From the NCBI GenBank assembly GCA_965262915.1, contig OZ253564.1, positions 3,936,001 through 4,000,000 of the forward strand: a stretch of DNA of 64,000 nucleotides, written 5' to 3'. Origin of the DNA: Candidatus Spongiisociaceae bacterium (GTDB taxonomy: Bacteria; Actinomycetota; Acidimicrobiia; Spongiisociales; Spongiisociaceae). A program made the position numbers and the translations under genes. Every line of letters begins with the position of its first letter. Position 1 is the stretch's first letter. The notes under the pieces are model-generated. The model was not told where the DNA came from, searched no databases, and saw only the letters and a program-made list of their open reading frames with translations. This document shows, piece by piece, positions 1-10,090 of the stretch.

Positions 1-278
1 CCGATTCCGTTCGCCAAGGCGTCGCTCGGCGACCTGAAGACCACAGGTTGCCCGTCGACGGTGATCTCACCCGAGTCGGGCCGGTAAAGACCGGCGAGAA
101 CCGAGCACAAGGTGGACTTGCCCGCCCCGTTCTCGCCCAGCAACGCGTGAACCTCGCCCCAGCGAAGGTCGAGGTCTATGCGGTCGTTGGCCTGGACTCC
201 GTAGAAGGCCTTGGAGATCGATTCCAAGCGGACAGCGGCACCCGATGCTCCATGCGCACTCTTCGGTTCGTCAGCCAC
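1..278 (-). CDS. ABC transporter ATP-binding protein, CUT2/nucleoside type (partial, runs off window)
   Basis: Manual minus-strand translation gives ...[30 protein letters not shown]..., a Walker A motif. It lies downstream of the BMP gene. The start is approximate. Confidence 0.85.
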   Translation of the reverse strand, partial: MADEPKSAHGASGAAVRLESISKAFYGVQANDRIDLDLRWGEVHALLGENGAGKSTLCSVLAGLYRPDSGEITVDGQPVVFRSPSDALANGI

Positions 279-327
279 AGGGACTCTGCATAGTCGCCGA
301 CCGGGAAGCCCTCTTGCCGAGGACTGG

Positions 328-1482
328 TCAGGACTCAGCTATCTCGCCTTCGATATTCTGGTTCAGCCACGTACAACAAAGGACTCGCTCGTTCATCGGG
401 ATGGTCTCGCCTGCGGCGATCTGCGTGTTTCCTTCATTGTCGACGACGGGCCCGGCGAAGATGTCGAACGTGCCGTCAATGATCTGTTGACGCCGCTCCA
501 GCGCCCTATCGAGGACGTCTTGAGGAACGTCCTCGTGGAACTTGGAGAGCCCCATGACGCCGTCAGCCAGTCCCCCGTAGAAAAAGTGCGGCTCAAAGGT
601 GCCATCACGGACCGACTCTGCCACCGAGACGTAGTAGGGACCCCACTCGTAGGTGAAGGAGGTGACCCAATGGTCGGGCGCCAGACCCGACTCGTCTTCG
701 CCGTAACCGAGATACCACTTGTCCTCCCCAGTTGCCACCTGCGCCATGGCCGGCGAGTTCAGGTTGGAGACCAGCACGTCGGCGCCTGCCGCCACGAAAG
801 CCTCCCCTGCCTGCTGCTCCTTTGGCGGGTCGAACCACGAGTTCGTGAATATGGCAATGACCCTGGCATCAGGGTTCACCTCCTGAACACCTAACGCGAA
901 GCCGTTCAAATGCTTCACGACGCCCTCGAGCGGGAAACCAAGCACAGCACCTATGATGTTGGACTCTGTCATGGCACCGGCGATCATGCCGTCCACGTAC
1001 CTTCCCTCCTCGGAGGCGATATCAAAGGCCGCCGAGTTCTCCGTATTCTGGTACCCGCCCCAATGGAGGAACACGGTGTCGGGGTACTGGGGGGCCACCT
1101 CGAGGATGTCGGGCTGGAAGAAGCTCGTAAGAATGACAATGTCATAGCCATCCTCCGCAAGCTCCGCCATCGCAGCCTGGCCGGGCTGCCCGGGCAGGAT
1201 CTGCTCGACGTTGACAGTTTCGATCCCGGGAAGGTGCTGCTCCACGTATTGACGGGCGCGGTCGTGACCCTGGCCCCAGCCACCAACGATACCGCCGTCG
1301 TAGATCCACGCCATCCGGAGACCCTCACCAGGCATACTTGCCTCAGTGGTTGCCGGGGCTTGCGTAGTCGGCGCCTGAGTCGTCGGCGCCTGAGTCGTAG
1401 CAACCTCATCGTCACCGCAAGCTACCGCGACGAGCATCAAGACCGCAGCTACAACAACCGCCTTGGTCATCCGATGGATCAT
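328..1482 (-). CDS. BMP family (PnrA/TmpC-like) nucleoside/nucleobase ABC substrate-binding lipoprotein
   Basis: Lipobox VAC-G, Thr/Pro linker and BMP motifs ([24 protein letters not shown]). GGAGGA RBS upstream. Confidence 0.9.
   Translation of the reverse strand: MIHRMTKAVVVAAVLMLVAVACGDDEVATTQAPTTQAPTTQAPATTEASMPGEGLRMAWIYDGGIVGGWGQGHDRARQYVEQHLPGIETVNVEQILPGQPGQAAMAELAEDGYDIVILTSFFQPDILEVAPQYPDTVFLHWGGYQNTENSAAFDIASEEGRYVDGMIAGAMTESNIIGAVLGFPLEGVVKHLNGFALGVQEVNPDARVIAIFTNSWFDPPKEQQAGEAFVAAGADVLVSNLNSPAMAQVATGEDKWYLGYGEDESGLAPDHWVTSFTYEWGPYYVSVAESVRDGTFEPHFFYGGLADGVMGLSKFHEDVPQDVLDRALERRQQIIDGTFDIFAGPVVDNEGNTQIAAGETIPMNERVLCCTWLNQNIEGEIAES
1354..1398 (-). repeat. 3 x 15-bp coding tandem repeat (TTQAP linker)
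   Basis: CGGCGCCTGAGTCGT twice plus one diverged copy. Confidence 0.85.
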
Positions 1483-1803
1483 CTTGACTCCTCCCTATTC
1501 GAACCTGCCGTACACACTGCCTTGCGGTTACGCCGACGGGTCCTCCGAAAATCCGACACTAGCAACGATAGGTCGACAGTGACCTCCGTTGTCCGGCTTA
1601 TCGAGTTTCGGGGAGCTCCTAGGAGGATGCTGAATTACCCCCGGTTGGCCCGGCCGTCGATAACAAACTACCTGTTCAGGGAATGCCGGGCCAAGCGCTG
1701 CCATCGTTTTTCGGCACCCTCCAATGCCAAGTTGGGGGCAGGCGCACACCGAAAGCACAACTCGCTCGGTCCCCGCGCTGCGGTCGATCGAGTCGGGGCG
1801 GTC

Positions 1804-2556
1804 TCATTGAAACATCAGACCTCCGTTGACGATGAGCGACTGCCCGGTGATGAAGTCGGATTCGGGCCCTGCGAAGAACAGGGCCGCCCCCACCATATCG
1901 TCCGGAACCTGGGTGCGCTTGAGGGACCGGTTGGCCACGATCCTCTCGTTCACCTCATGGCCCTGTTTGGTCAGGATCTCGTCGTCCGGGATCAGGTCCG
2001 GGGCCAGGGTGTTGACCCGGATTCCATCGTCACCCACTTCCCGGGCCAGCGACCTCGTGAAGCCCACGAGCGCTGACTTCGAGGCAACGTAGTGCAGGAA
2101 GCCGGGTATGCCTTCCCAGGCCACGGTGGAACTGATGTTGATGATCTTCCCGTAGCCCGCTTCCTTCATGTATGGATGGACGGCCCGGCAGCAGAGGAAC
2201 ACGCCCCGAACGTTGACCGCCATCGCCAGATCCCATTCCTCGTCGGTGAGGTCGATCCAGGGACCTACGGTCGCTTTCTTGAAGAAGGCGGCATTGTTGA
2301 TGAGGATGTCGATCCTTCCGAACCGATCGTGAACGGTCTTGGCCATCTTCTCCGTGGAACGCCGGTCGGCCACATCTACTTCGACTCCGAGCGCGGTACC
2401 GCCGAACTCCGATATCTCCGCCACCGTCGAAGAGGGGTCTGATATATCGGCAACCGCCACGGCGGCGCCCTCCCGAGCCAGCCCGAGACAGTACGCGCGC
2501 CCTAGTCCCTGTGCGCCTCCGGTCACGATCGCCACACGCTCGCGAAGCAGACTCAT
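1804..2556 (-). CDS. SDR family oxidoreductase
   Basis: TGGAQGLG, NNAA and YVASK motifs. Confidence 0.92.
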   Translation of the reverse strand: MSLLRERVAIVTGGAQGLGRAYCLGLAREGAAVAVADISDPSSTVAEISEFGGTALGVEVDVADRRSTEKMAKTVHDRFGRIDILINNAAFFKKATVGPWIDLTDEEWDLAMAVNVRGVFLCCRAVHPYMKEAGYGKIINISSTVAWEGIPGFLHYVASKSALVGFTRSLAREVGDDGIRVNTLAPDLIPDDEILTKQGHEVNERIVANRSLKRTQVPDDMVGAALFFAGPESDFITGQSLIVNGGLMFQ

Positions 2557-2923
2557 CCATTGAACCTCAAGGTCGAGACCAGAACCGCGGATTGTCGGTC
2601 CCGACTCGGCCTGTACTCCCGACTCGCCAGGGTAACACCTCGTTCCTCAGGCTCCCTGCCGGTTAGTATGAGCAAGCGGACAGTTCGACTGGACCCGAAT
2701 GCTGATCGGGCTACGGTGACGGCGCCTCCAATCGGCGTGATGAGGGTGACGACGACATCTCCTCAACGAACGGTATCCGAATTCGAATTCAAGAAGGTAA
2801 GCTCGCCGGCTCTTGAGCAACAGAGTCCGGAAATGCTGTCCCCAGGCTGTCTTGTTTCCCTGCAGACCCACCGCCGGGGTCATCCGGCTCCAGCGGGCTG
2901 CTAAACGGAGGGGGTTAGCTGCA

Positions 2924-3979
2924 ATGACGAACTACGTTGATTTACCGGAGAGCTCGATCCACAACGAATTGGACGCCGCCACCGAAATGCGCCTCTACGC
3001 AGCGATGCGGAACTTCTGGCATCCGGTCATGTACGCGGGCGACCTTGAGGACGATCCCGAACCCGCCGTCCTACTCGGCGAACAGCTGGTGCTTGCGCGT
3101 ATGGAAGGTGCGGTACGGAGTTTCCGCGATCTGTGTTGCCACCGAGGGGCCGCCTTGTCGCTCGGCTGGAACGAAGGAACCCAACTGCGTTGTTTGTATC
3201 ACGGCTGGACCTACGGAGTAGACGGTGTTTGCACCTCGATCCCCGCTCGTTTCGGTATGAGGATCCCGACTCGTGCGAGGTTGAAGGCTTTTCATGCGCG
3301 CGAGGCGGCGGGTTTGATCTGGGTTTGCCTGGCGGACCAGCCGGTATTCGATATTCCCGAGTTCCCGGAGTTCGAGAATCCGACGTTCAAGGTTCTCCAA
3401 GGGCCGTTCTATGACTGGAGAACGAGCGCCCATCGGCGACTCGAGAACTTCATGGACTTTGCCCACTTCGCCTACGTGCACGACGGTGTGCTCGGGAGCA
3501 GGGACGATCCCGAAGTTCCCGATCATGACGTATGGAAGGAAACCGATTCGGAACTCGCGTTCTACCGAACTGTGAAGGAACCGATCGAGGGCCTCACCGG
3601 CTACGAATCGGATGAAACACTCGTCGACGTCGACTACACCTACCGGCTGACAATGCCCATCAGCATCCATTTCGACCGTCACTACCTTCCCGGCGAGTCG
3701 CGCTACGTCTTGTTTCTGGCTTGTTCACCGGTCGGCCCCAAACATACTCGGTCGTTCTGGTTCCTGGCCAGGAACTATGCCCTCGACGCGAACGATCAGG
3801 AGTTCCTGGACTTCGAGCGGTTCGTCCAGGAACAGGACCGTCCGGTCGTCGAGAGCCAACGACCCGAGATGCTCCCCTATGATCTCACCGCCGAGTTACA
3901 CGTGAGAGCAGCGGACAAAGTCTCCGTTGCCTACCGGCGATGGCTAGTCAAGTTGACCAGCGAACTCAATCCAGCCTGA
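2924..3979 (+). CDS. Rieske non-heme iron oxygenase alpha subunit, methylxanthine N-demethylase NdmA/NdmB-like
   Basis: Rieske CCH...CLYH and mononuclear Fe motif ENFMDFAHFAYVH. FWHPV, EQDRPVVESQ and ADKVSVAYRRWL resemble NdmA as recalled. ATG at 2924 has a GGAGG RBS. Confidence 0.85.
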   Translation: MTNYVDLPESSIHNELDAATEMRLYAAMRNFWHPVMYAGDLEDDPEPAVLLGEQLVLARMEGAVRSFRDLCCHRGAALSLGWNEGTQLRCLYHGWTYGVDGVCTSIPARFGMRIPTRARLKAFHAREAAGLIWVCLADQPVFDIPEFPEFENPTFKVLQGPFYDWRTSAHRRLENFMDFAHFAYVHDGVLGSRDDPEVPDHDVWKETDSELAFYRTVKEPIEGLTGYESDETLVDVDYTYRLTMPISIHFDRHYLPGESRYVLFLACSPVGPKHTRSFWFLARNYALDANDQEFLDFERFVQEQDRPVVESQRPEMLPYDLTAELHVRAADKVSVAYRRWLVKLTSELNPA

Positions 3980-4087
3980 GCCTCCGACGCTCAAGCCCTA
4001 TTCCGCGGCAACGGCAACGCCGGCCCCTTACCATGGCACCACAGTAGGAGGCTGGCTCGAGGCATGTTTACCGGGTCGTATATTCCT

Positions 4088-4957
4088 CTATCGGCCATTG
4101 AGAAAGAGGCGCTCCGCGTTTCCGAAGAGTACAGCCTCAATGTCTGGCGCTTCGCTACCGTATTGTTTTAGGATCCGAACTGTTTCACTGTACAGTTCCA
4201 TGAACTTGTCCGGACTCCACGGGCTCGAGTCAGAACCAAACATAAGCCGCCGAGCGCCGAACCCTGGGAGGCAGTGCCGGAAAGTCTCCTCATAGAGTGC
4301 TATCGGTAGCTGTGACCAGGTGAGATCGATCCACACGTTCGGAAGATTGGCAAGGCACAGTGTCTCCTGCCACAGCGGTCGCCCGGCGTGCCCGACTATG
4401 ACCTGCAGGTTGGGGAAGGTCCGAGCCACCGCATCCAGATCAATCGGTCGGCAATAGGTTACAAGGTTGCCAGTCGGCCGATCCGAATCCGACGATCTCG
4501 TATAGATTGCACCTGTATGAAACATGATCGGAATACCTGCACCTTGGCAGTAGTCATAGAAATCGAACGCTCGTCGATCATCAAAGTGGTATGGCCGTCC
4601 GTCACTCGACCAGGCAGGAACCGGTGCTAGTTTCACACCTACGAATAAACCGGATCCGAAACACGACTCCAGCGTCCTTATGGCGTCACCAGTCTGGCGT
4701 GGATCGACAACAGCCATCCCACGAAAGCGATCTCCGAACCATGTACAGAATTTCGTGGTACGCGCCCAATCCCAATCGAATACGAAGGCATGAGTAATCC
4801 CGATCCTGTCTTGCTTCTCGATCCACTCCTGGCCAAGTACACGAAGCCGATCGTCGGCTATGGGAGTAGTTCTCGGCCCGGTTGGGCCACTGTGTGGACT
4901 ATCTTTGTAGAGATTGACTATGGAACTCAAGTGATTGTGTATGTCGATGACAGCCAT
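4088..4957 (-). CDS. Amidohydrolase family (Amidohydro_2)
   Basis: IDIHNH, FHTG, GHAG and FGSD motifs. Confidence 0.88.
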   Translation of the reverse strand: MAVIDIHNHLSSIVNLYKDSPHSGPTGPRTTPIADDRLRVLGQEWIEKQDRIGITHAFVFDWDWARTTKFCTWFGDRFRGMAVVDPRQTGDAIRTLESCFGSGLFVGVKLAPVPAWSSDGRPYHFDDRRAFDFYDYCQGAGIPIMFHTGAIYTRSSDSDRPTGNLVTYCRPIDLDAVARTFPNLQVIVGHAGRPLWQETLCLANLPNVWIDLTWSQLPIALYEETFRHCLPGFGARRLMFGSDSSPWSPDKFMELYSETVRILKQYGSEAPDIEAVLFGNAERLFLNGR

Positions 4958-5110
4958 GTAAGTATGGCCTCCCCTCTATCGTGACCCAGAACCTCTCCCG
5001 AACTAGATGTTGATGGTATCAGAACGGTATCGTCGTTCTGGATATAGCTCCTAGGCTGTAGCAATTACACCGAGGGAGAGATCGGTAGGCAGGAGAGCCA
5101 CCAGAAAGCC

Positions 5111-5988
5111 TCATTTCGGTCCCTTCAAGAACAACCTCTCAGCATTCTTGTACATAACCCGAGCGATATCCGACTCACTGCACCCTCTCTGTCGAAGAAG
5201 GTCGACGGTCGCCGCATGGAGTGTTTCACACTTGTCGCTCGACGAGGGAGTGGAATCAGATCCGAACATGACACGATCCAGACCGAATCCGAGCAAGGAG
5301 TACCGGATACTTTCCTCGTAGAGTGCTGTCGGCAACTGTGACCAAGTGAGGTCAATCCAGACATTCGGGAGATTCGCGAGGCATAGTGTCTCCTGCCACA
5401 GAGGTCGCCCTGCATGTCCCACAATGACCTGAAGATCGGGGAAGGTACGAGCAATCACATCTAGATCGAGAGGATGGCAGAACTTGACTAGATTACCGGT
5501 CGGATGGCGCGAGTTGGCCGACTTGGTATAAATCGCTCCCGTGTGGAATAGGATCGGCAGCTTCTTACTCTGGCAATAACTGTAGAAGTCGAAAGCAGCC
5601 GGATCATTGAGACGATAGGGTCGACCGTCAATCGACATGTTCGGAGTCGGTGCCAACTTGATTCCCAGAGAAATACCTGTTGCCGTGCTCTGTTCTACTT
5701 TCTTGATCGAGATTGCGGACGACCGGGGATCTACCACAACCAATCCGTAGAATCGGTCAGGGAACCAGCGACAGAAGCGCTCTACCCATGCAGAATCCCA
5801 ATCGAAGACAAGCGCTCGTCGTATGCCGACCCGGTCCTGGCTTCCATCCACGCCACACCCATCCGTTTCAGGTCACCATCCGCCACAGGGTAAGATCGTC
5901 GCGAGGAAGGACCGGGATACTCATAGCTCTCGTCATCGTACATGTTGAGGGAGAACGTCAAATGGTTGTGAATGTCGAAGGCTCTCAA
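5111..5988 (-). pseudogene. Amidohydro_2 paralog of 4088-4957, frameshifted near 5839
   Basis: The N-terminus (AFDIHNH...) is in ORF 5782-6027 and the rest is in ORF 5111-5851. Adding one C to GAAGCCAGGAC restores WMEAQDRVG. Confidence 0.8.
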
Positions 5989-6082
5989 TTGGCACCCCAA
6001 TCGCCGTGACCGACCATCACACAGCAACGGTGTGACTTATCCTCATGATTGACTATACACTCAGGCGTTTCCCGAGGTGCCG

Positions 6083-6118
6083 GGGTTCGGGTTCGGGTTC
6101 GGGTTCAGGTTCGGGTTC
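6083..6118. repeat. Hexamer tandem repeat (G/A)GGTTC x6
   Basis: Directly visible; reads EPEPEPEPEPEP on the minus strand. Confidence 0.9.
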
Positions 6119-6349
6119 TCTTCCTAGCAAGCCAGCGTGTGAGAAGATTCCGGGGCGTTCACTCGAAAGACGCAAGACGGTCCGGGGCAGATCCACAACG
6201 CAAAGATTCTCCGGGAGCCCGCCGGCTCAGAAAGAAGTTGCCCGGACCGGCATACTCTCTTGCCGTTTGGGCACGACCGCTACTTCAGCGAGTGACGGGC
6301 CAGGAGCAATCGTCTTCGTTCAGAATTCGGCTAGGGAGGGGATCCGAAG

Positions 6350-7456
6350 TTGACCGTCCATGAGATTCGAATCGACTACGGTGTTCCCCTCTCACGGGAA
6401 CCGCACAAGGGTCACAACCGGTGGCACCCGGCGGTGGACCCGGTGCTCCGGTGTCGCGCCGGTGACGAGGTTGTCATCGAAGCTCGCGACGGAACGGATC
6501 TTCAGTTCAACTGCGATTCGACCTCCGCGGACATCGAATCGATGAACCCGAGCCGTGTCCATCCCCTGACCGGTCCCATCTACGTGGACGGTGCCGAACC
6601 CGGTGACCTACTTGCGGTCGAGATCCTGGATGTCGCTACCGGCTCGTTCGGGTTCACGGCCCAGATTCCGGGCTTCGGGTTTCTTAGGGACAAGTTTCCA
6701 GAGGCGCATCTGACGCGTTGGGAGATCGCCGGCGGTTGGGCAACGTCTCCCGACCTGGCCGGAGTGAGAGTGCCCGGCGCTCCTTTCATGGGGATCATGG
6801 GCGTCGCCCCCTCCACCGAGATGCTGCTCCGCGTCACGGCCCGCGAGGACGAAATGTTACGACGGGGAGAGCTCGCGTTGCCGCCTGAACCGATGGGCGC
6901 TGTTCCCGCGGGGGGTGACATCGCCGAGACGGGTTTGCGGACCATCCCGCCGCGCGAGAACGGTGGCAACGTCGACATCAAGCAACTGACAGCGGGGACA
7001 ACAGTATTGCTACCGGTATTCGTGGAAGGCGCCCTGTTCTCGGCCGGGGACGGCCACTTCGCCCAAGGAGACGGAGAGGTCTGCGGGACGGCAATCGAAA
7101 CCAACGCAACCCTCCGAGCCCGTTTCGGTCTCCGCAAGGGGCAGGCGACGGGCCCCGGCGCGGGGATACGGTTCGAACAGTCCGACAGGAGCAGGCCCAT
7201 CGGCGGTCCGACCTACGCGACCACCGGTCTACCGATCGACTCGGAAGGAGTCGGTCACGCCGAGAACCTCACATTGGCCGCGCGGAACGCCACGCTGAGC
7301 ATGATCGACTACCTTGAGGCTCCGCACGGGTACACCCGACAGGAGGCTTACACGATCTGCAGCGTGGCCGTAGACCTTCAGGTCAGCGAGGTGGTAGACG
7401 TCCCGAACTTCGTGGTTACGGCCTTCCTCCCCCTCGCGGTGCTCGGCGGCGCGTAG
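6350..7456 (+). CDS. Acetamidase/formamidase family protein
   Basis: HNRWHP, HPLTGP, GGNVD and GDGHFAQGDGEVCGTAIE motifs. Confidence 0.92.
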   Translation: MTVHEIRIDYGVPLSREPHKGHNRWHPAVDPVLRCRAGDEVVIEARDGTDLQFNCDSTSADIESMNPSRVHPLTGPIYVDGAEPGDLLAVEILDVATGSFGFTAQIPGFGFLRDKFPEAHLTRWEIAGGWATSPDLAGVRVPGAPFMGIMGVAPSTEMLLRVTAREDEMLRRGELALPPEPMGAVPAGGDIAETGLRTIPPRENGGNVDIKQLTAGTTVLLPVFVEGALFSAGDGHFAQGDGEVCGTAIETNATLRARFGLRKGQATGPGAGIRFEQSDRSRPIGGPTYATTGLPIDSEGVGHAENLTLAARNATLSMIDYLEAPHGYTRQEAYTICSVAVDLQVSEVVDVPNFVVTAFLPLAVLGGA

Positions 7457-7490
7457 CAGTGCCGCGGCCGGATCATGCCGATGCACCGAA

Positions 7491-7565
7491 CCCGGCTACA
7501 ACGCCGCGAACGTGATCGCCGAGGATTTGAGGCTACAACGCTGGTGGCCCAGGCCGGGCTTCTAG
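7491..7565 (+). pseudogene. C-terminal relic of a phytoene-desaturase-like FAD oxidoreductase
   Basis: Translates PGYNAANVIAEDLRLQRWW, typical of the family C-terminus; no upstream gene body. Confidence 0.45.
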
Positions 7566-7730
7566 GAGGGATACGGATTCTTCGAGGACTGGTAGCGGGT
7601 CAGGCATCACCGGTTGCCAATAGTTCGTTCTCACTATCCGAGAAGCAGCTTTCGTTCCACGACAGTAGAGACGTAGACTGCCTGGCAGCGTAAGCAGGCC
7701 CGTAACGACTATCGAGGAACAGAGGAACAT

Positions 7731-9179
7731 ATGACGCTCTCATCGCTTCTTTCCACGACCGCACTCCCCTTTCAACCCGACCTGTTCTCAGCCGGAGAGA
7801 AACTCTCAGGTGATCCCCTCGAAGTGCGCTCCCCCTGGGACGGCTCCGTCGTGGGGACAGTCCCGACAGGTGGAAGAGCCGATACAGCGGATGCGATAGA
7901 GGCTGCCCACCGAGCCACGCTCAACCCTCTTCCGGCCTACCGCCGGGCCGAGATACTCGACGGGGCTGCCGCCCGGATCGAAGCCAACCGGGACGCGTTC
8001 GCCCGCATCCTGGCACTTGAAATCGGAAAGCCGGTCAGCCAGGCGCTGGTTGAAGTCGACCGGTGCGTCCAGACCTTCCGGTTCTCGGCAGCGGAAGCGC
8101 GCACCCTGACCGGGACCGGCGTTGCGTTCGACGCCCATCCGGCCGGCGTGGGCCACCGTGGTTTCACCATCCGGGTTCCGATCGGGGTGATCGCAGCCAT
8201 CACACCGTTCAACTTCCCGCTGAACCTGGCAGCACACAAGATCGGGCCTGCGATCGCGACCGGATGCGGTGTGGTGCTGAAGCCATCGAGGGAGGCACCG
8301 CTGGCAGCCGCCGGCCTCGCCTACGTTCTGTACGACGCCGGGTTACCTCGGGAAGCCCTGTCTGTCGTGGTGGGCTCCTCCTCCGACATCGGTGATGTGC
8401 TCATCGCCGATAACCGGGTAGGCATGATCACCTTCACCGGTTCCAGTGAAGTCGGGTGGCACCTGGCGGCCAGAGCACCGCAGAAGCGGGTCAGTCTCGA
8501 GTTGGGCAACTCGACACCGGTCATCGTGTGCGCCGACGCGGACATCGCCGCGGCAGCCGGGGCGGCAGCAGCGAGTGGGTTCGCCTTCGCCGGCCAGTCC
8601 TGCATCTCCGTACAACGGGTCATCGTCGAGGAGTCCGTACACACCCGGTTCGTCGAGGAACTGGTGGACGCCACCGTCGGCAAGATCCTCGGAGACCCCT
8701 TGGACCCTGCCACTTTCGTCGGTCCATTGATCAACCACAGCGCCCGCGAACGGGTAGCCGCCTGGATCGATGAAGCACAACACACGGGAGCCACCTCACT
8801 CGTCTACTCAGGGAGCAGCGGACCACACCTCGGGCCGACCGTGCTGGACGATGTCGACCCGACGAATCGGCTCTGGTGCGACGAGGTGTTCGGACCCGTG
8901 GTCGGCATCCGGACCTTTGCCGACTTCTCCGAGGCGATCGAGGCGGCTAACGCCACCGAGTACGGACTCCAGGCGGGCATCTTCACCAACGACATCCGCA
9001 AGGCCCTCGACGCTGCCGAGCAACTCGACTTCGGCGGTGTGACCATCAACGAAACACCGACTTTCCGCGTCGATCAGATGCCTTACGGAGGGACGAAGAT
9101 CTCCGGCAACACGAGGGAGGGCCCCAGATACACGGTCCGGGAGATGACCGAAGAACGCGTCGTCGTGATCGGAGGTTGA
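7731..9179 (+). CDS. Aldehyde dehydrogenase
   Basis: ITPFNFP, FTGS, LELG, catalytic GQSC and EVFGP motifs. Confidence 0.93.
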   Translation: MTLSSLLSTTALPFQPDLFSAGEKLSGDPLEVRSPWDGSVVGTVPTGGRADTADAIEAAHRATLNPLPAYRRAEILDGAAARIEANRDAFARILALEIGKPVSQALVEVDRCVQTFRFSAAEARTLTGTGVAFDAHPAGVGHRGFTIRVPIGVIAAITPFNFPLNLAAHKIGPAIATGCGVVLKPSREAPLAAAGLAYVLYDAGLPREALSVVVGSSSDIGDVLIADNRVGMITFTGSSEVGWHLAARAPQKRVSLELGNSTPVIVCADADIAAAAGAAAASGFAFAGQSCISVQRVIVEESVHTRFVEELVDATVGKILGDPLDPATFVGPLINHSARERVAAWIDEAQHTGATSLVYSGSSGPHLGPTVLDDVDPTNRLWCDEVFGPVVGIRTFADFSEAIEAANATEYGLQAGIFTNDIRKALDAAEQLDFGGVTINETPTFRVDQMPYGGTKISGNTREGPRYTVREMTEERVVVIGG

Positions 9180-9180
9180 T

Positions 9181-10059
9181 CTGACCGCGTCCACTGCGTC
9201 CCGTAACCTTGAGGCCGCCGACCCCTTCTACCCGCGGGTCGAGACCACCGGTTCGGGTCCGCGGGTTCTCGACCGGACGTTCGCGATCTTGCGGTTGTTC
9301 ACGCCCGACGCGCCTGATTGGACCGTCACCGAGGCAGCCGAAGCACTCGACCTACCCGTTCCGACCGTGCACCGGCTCCTGGCCGCCCTCCAGCGGCACG
9401 GGTTCGTCTCTCGGGACGATGCGTCCAAGCGGTACCGGCTCGGCGTCGCAGCCTTTGAACTCGGAAGGCGGGCAACGGCGTCCACCGACCTGCAAACAAC
9501 CAGCCTCAAAGTTCTGGAGTCGATGGCCGCGGCGAGCGGTGAGACCGTTCTGCTGACAGTGATCGGCCCTGATCGGCGCACCTCGGTTTGTCTCGAACGC
9601 GTCGAGAGCCGAAACCCTCTACGGCTGTCGGTCGTTCCCGGTCTACGGGTTCCGCTCCACGCGGGGGCCTCCCAGAAGGCGCTGCTCGCCTACATGAGCG
9701 ACTCCGACCTGCAAGCGTTCATCGACGGTGGCCTACCGGCCTTGTGTGATGCGACGATCACGGATCCGAGCGTACTCACGAAGGAGTTGCGGTCCATTCG
9801 CACACGGGGTTGGGCTACCTCCTATCAGGAGACAAACCTAGGCCTATGGGGGATTGCGATCACTCTGCTCGACTCCGACACGAACGCTGTTGCGGCGGTC
9901 GGTCTTGCCGGACCACGGGACCGTCTACCGAAGTCACGGATACCCGAAGTTCTCCATGTGCTGGACGAGGGTGCTCGCGCCATAGCAGCAACCAGGGCAC
10001 TGAAGACCTCGACACAACTGAGCGGCGAATGGTCCGAGAACAGTCTCAAAGAGAGTTAG
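9181..10059 (+). CDS. IclR family transcriptional regulator (probable CTG start)
   Basis: HTH (VLDRTFAIL...LPVPTVHRLL) and effector domain (PLHAGASQKALLA). The frame is open to 9169 with no ATG/GTG/TTG before 9289. Confidence 0.88.
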   Translation: MTASTASRNLEAADPFYPRVETTGSGPRVLDRTFAILRLFTPDAPDWTVTEAAEALDLPVPTVHRLLAALQRHGFVSRDDASKRYRLGVAAFELGRRATASTDLQTTSLKVLESMAAASGETVLLTVIGPDRRTSVCLERVESRNPLRLSVVPGLRVPLHAGASQKALLAYMSDSDLQAFIDGGLPALCDATITDPSVLTKELRSIRTRGWATSYQETNLGLWGIAITLLDSDTNAVAAVGLAGPRDRLPKSRIPEVLHVLDEGARAIAATRALKTSTQLSGEWSENSLKES

Positions 10060-10090
10060 ATCCACAACCCACGGCAAAGGAGAAGGCCCG

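Noticed and set aside
910-2076. Long ORFs antisense to real genes (also 15794-16840, 26879-28036, 57974-58948 and others)
   Set aside because: These are shadow ORFs of high-GC coding strands with no motifs.
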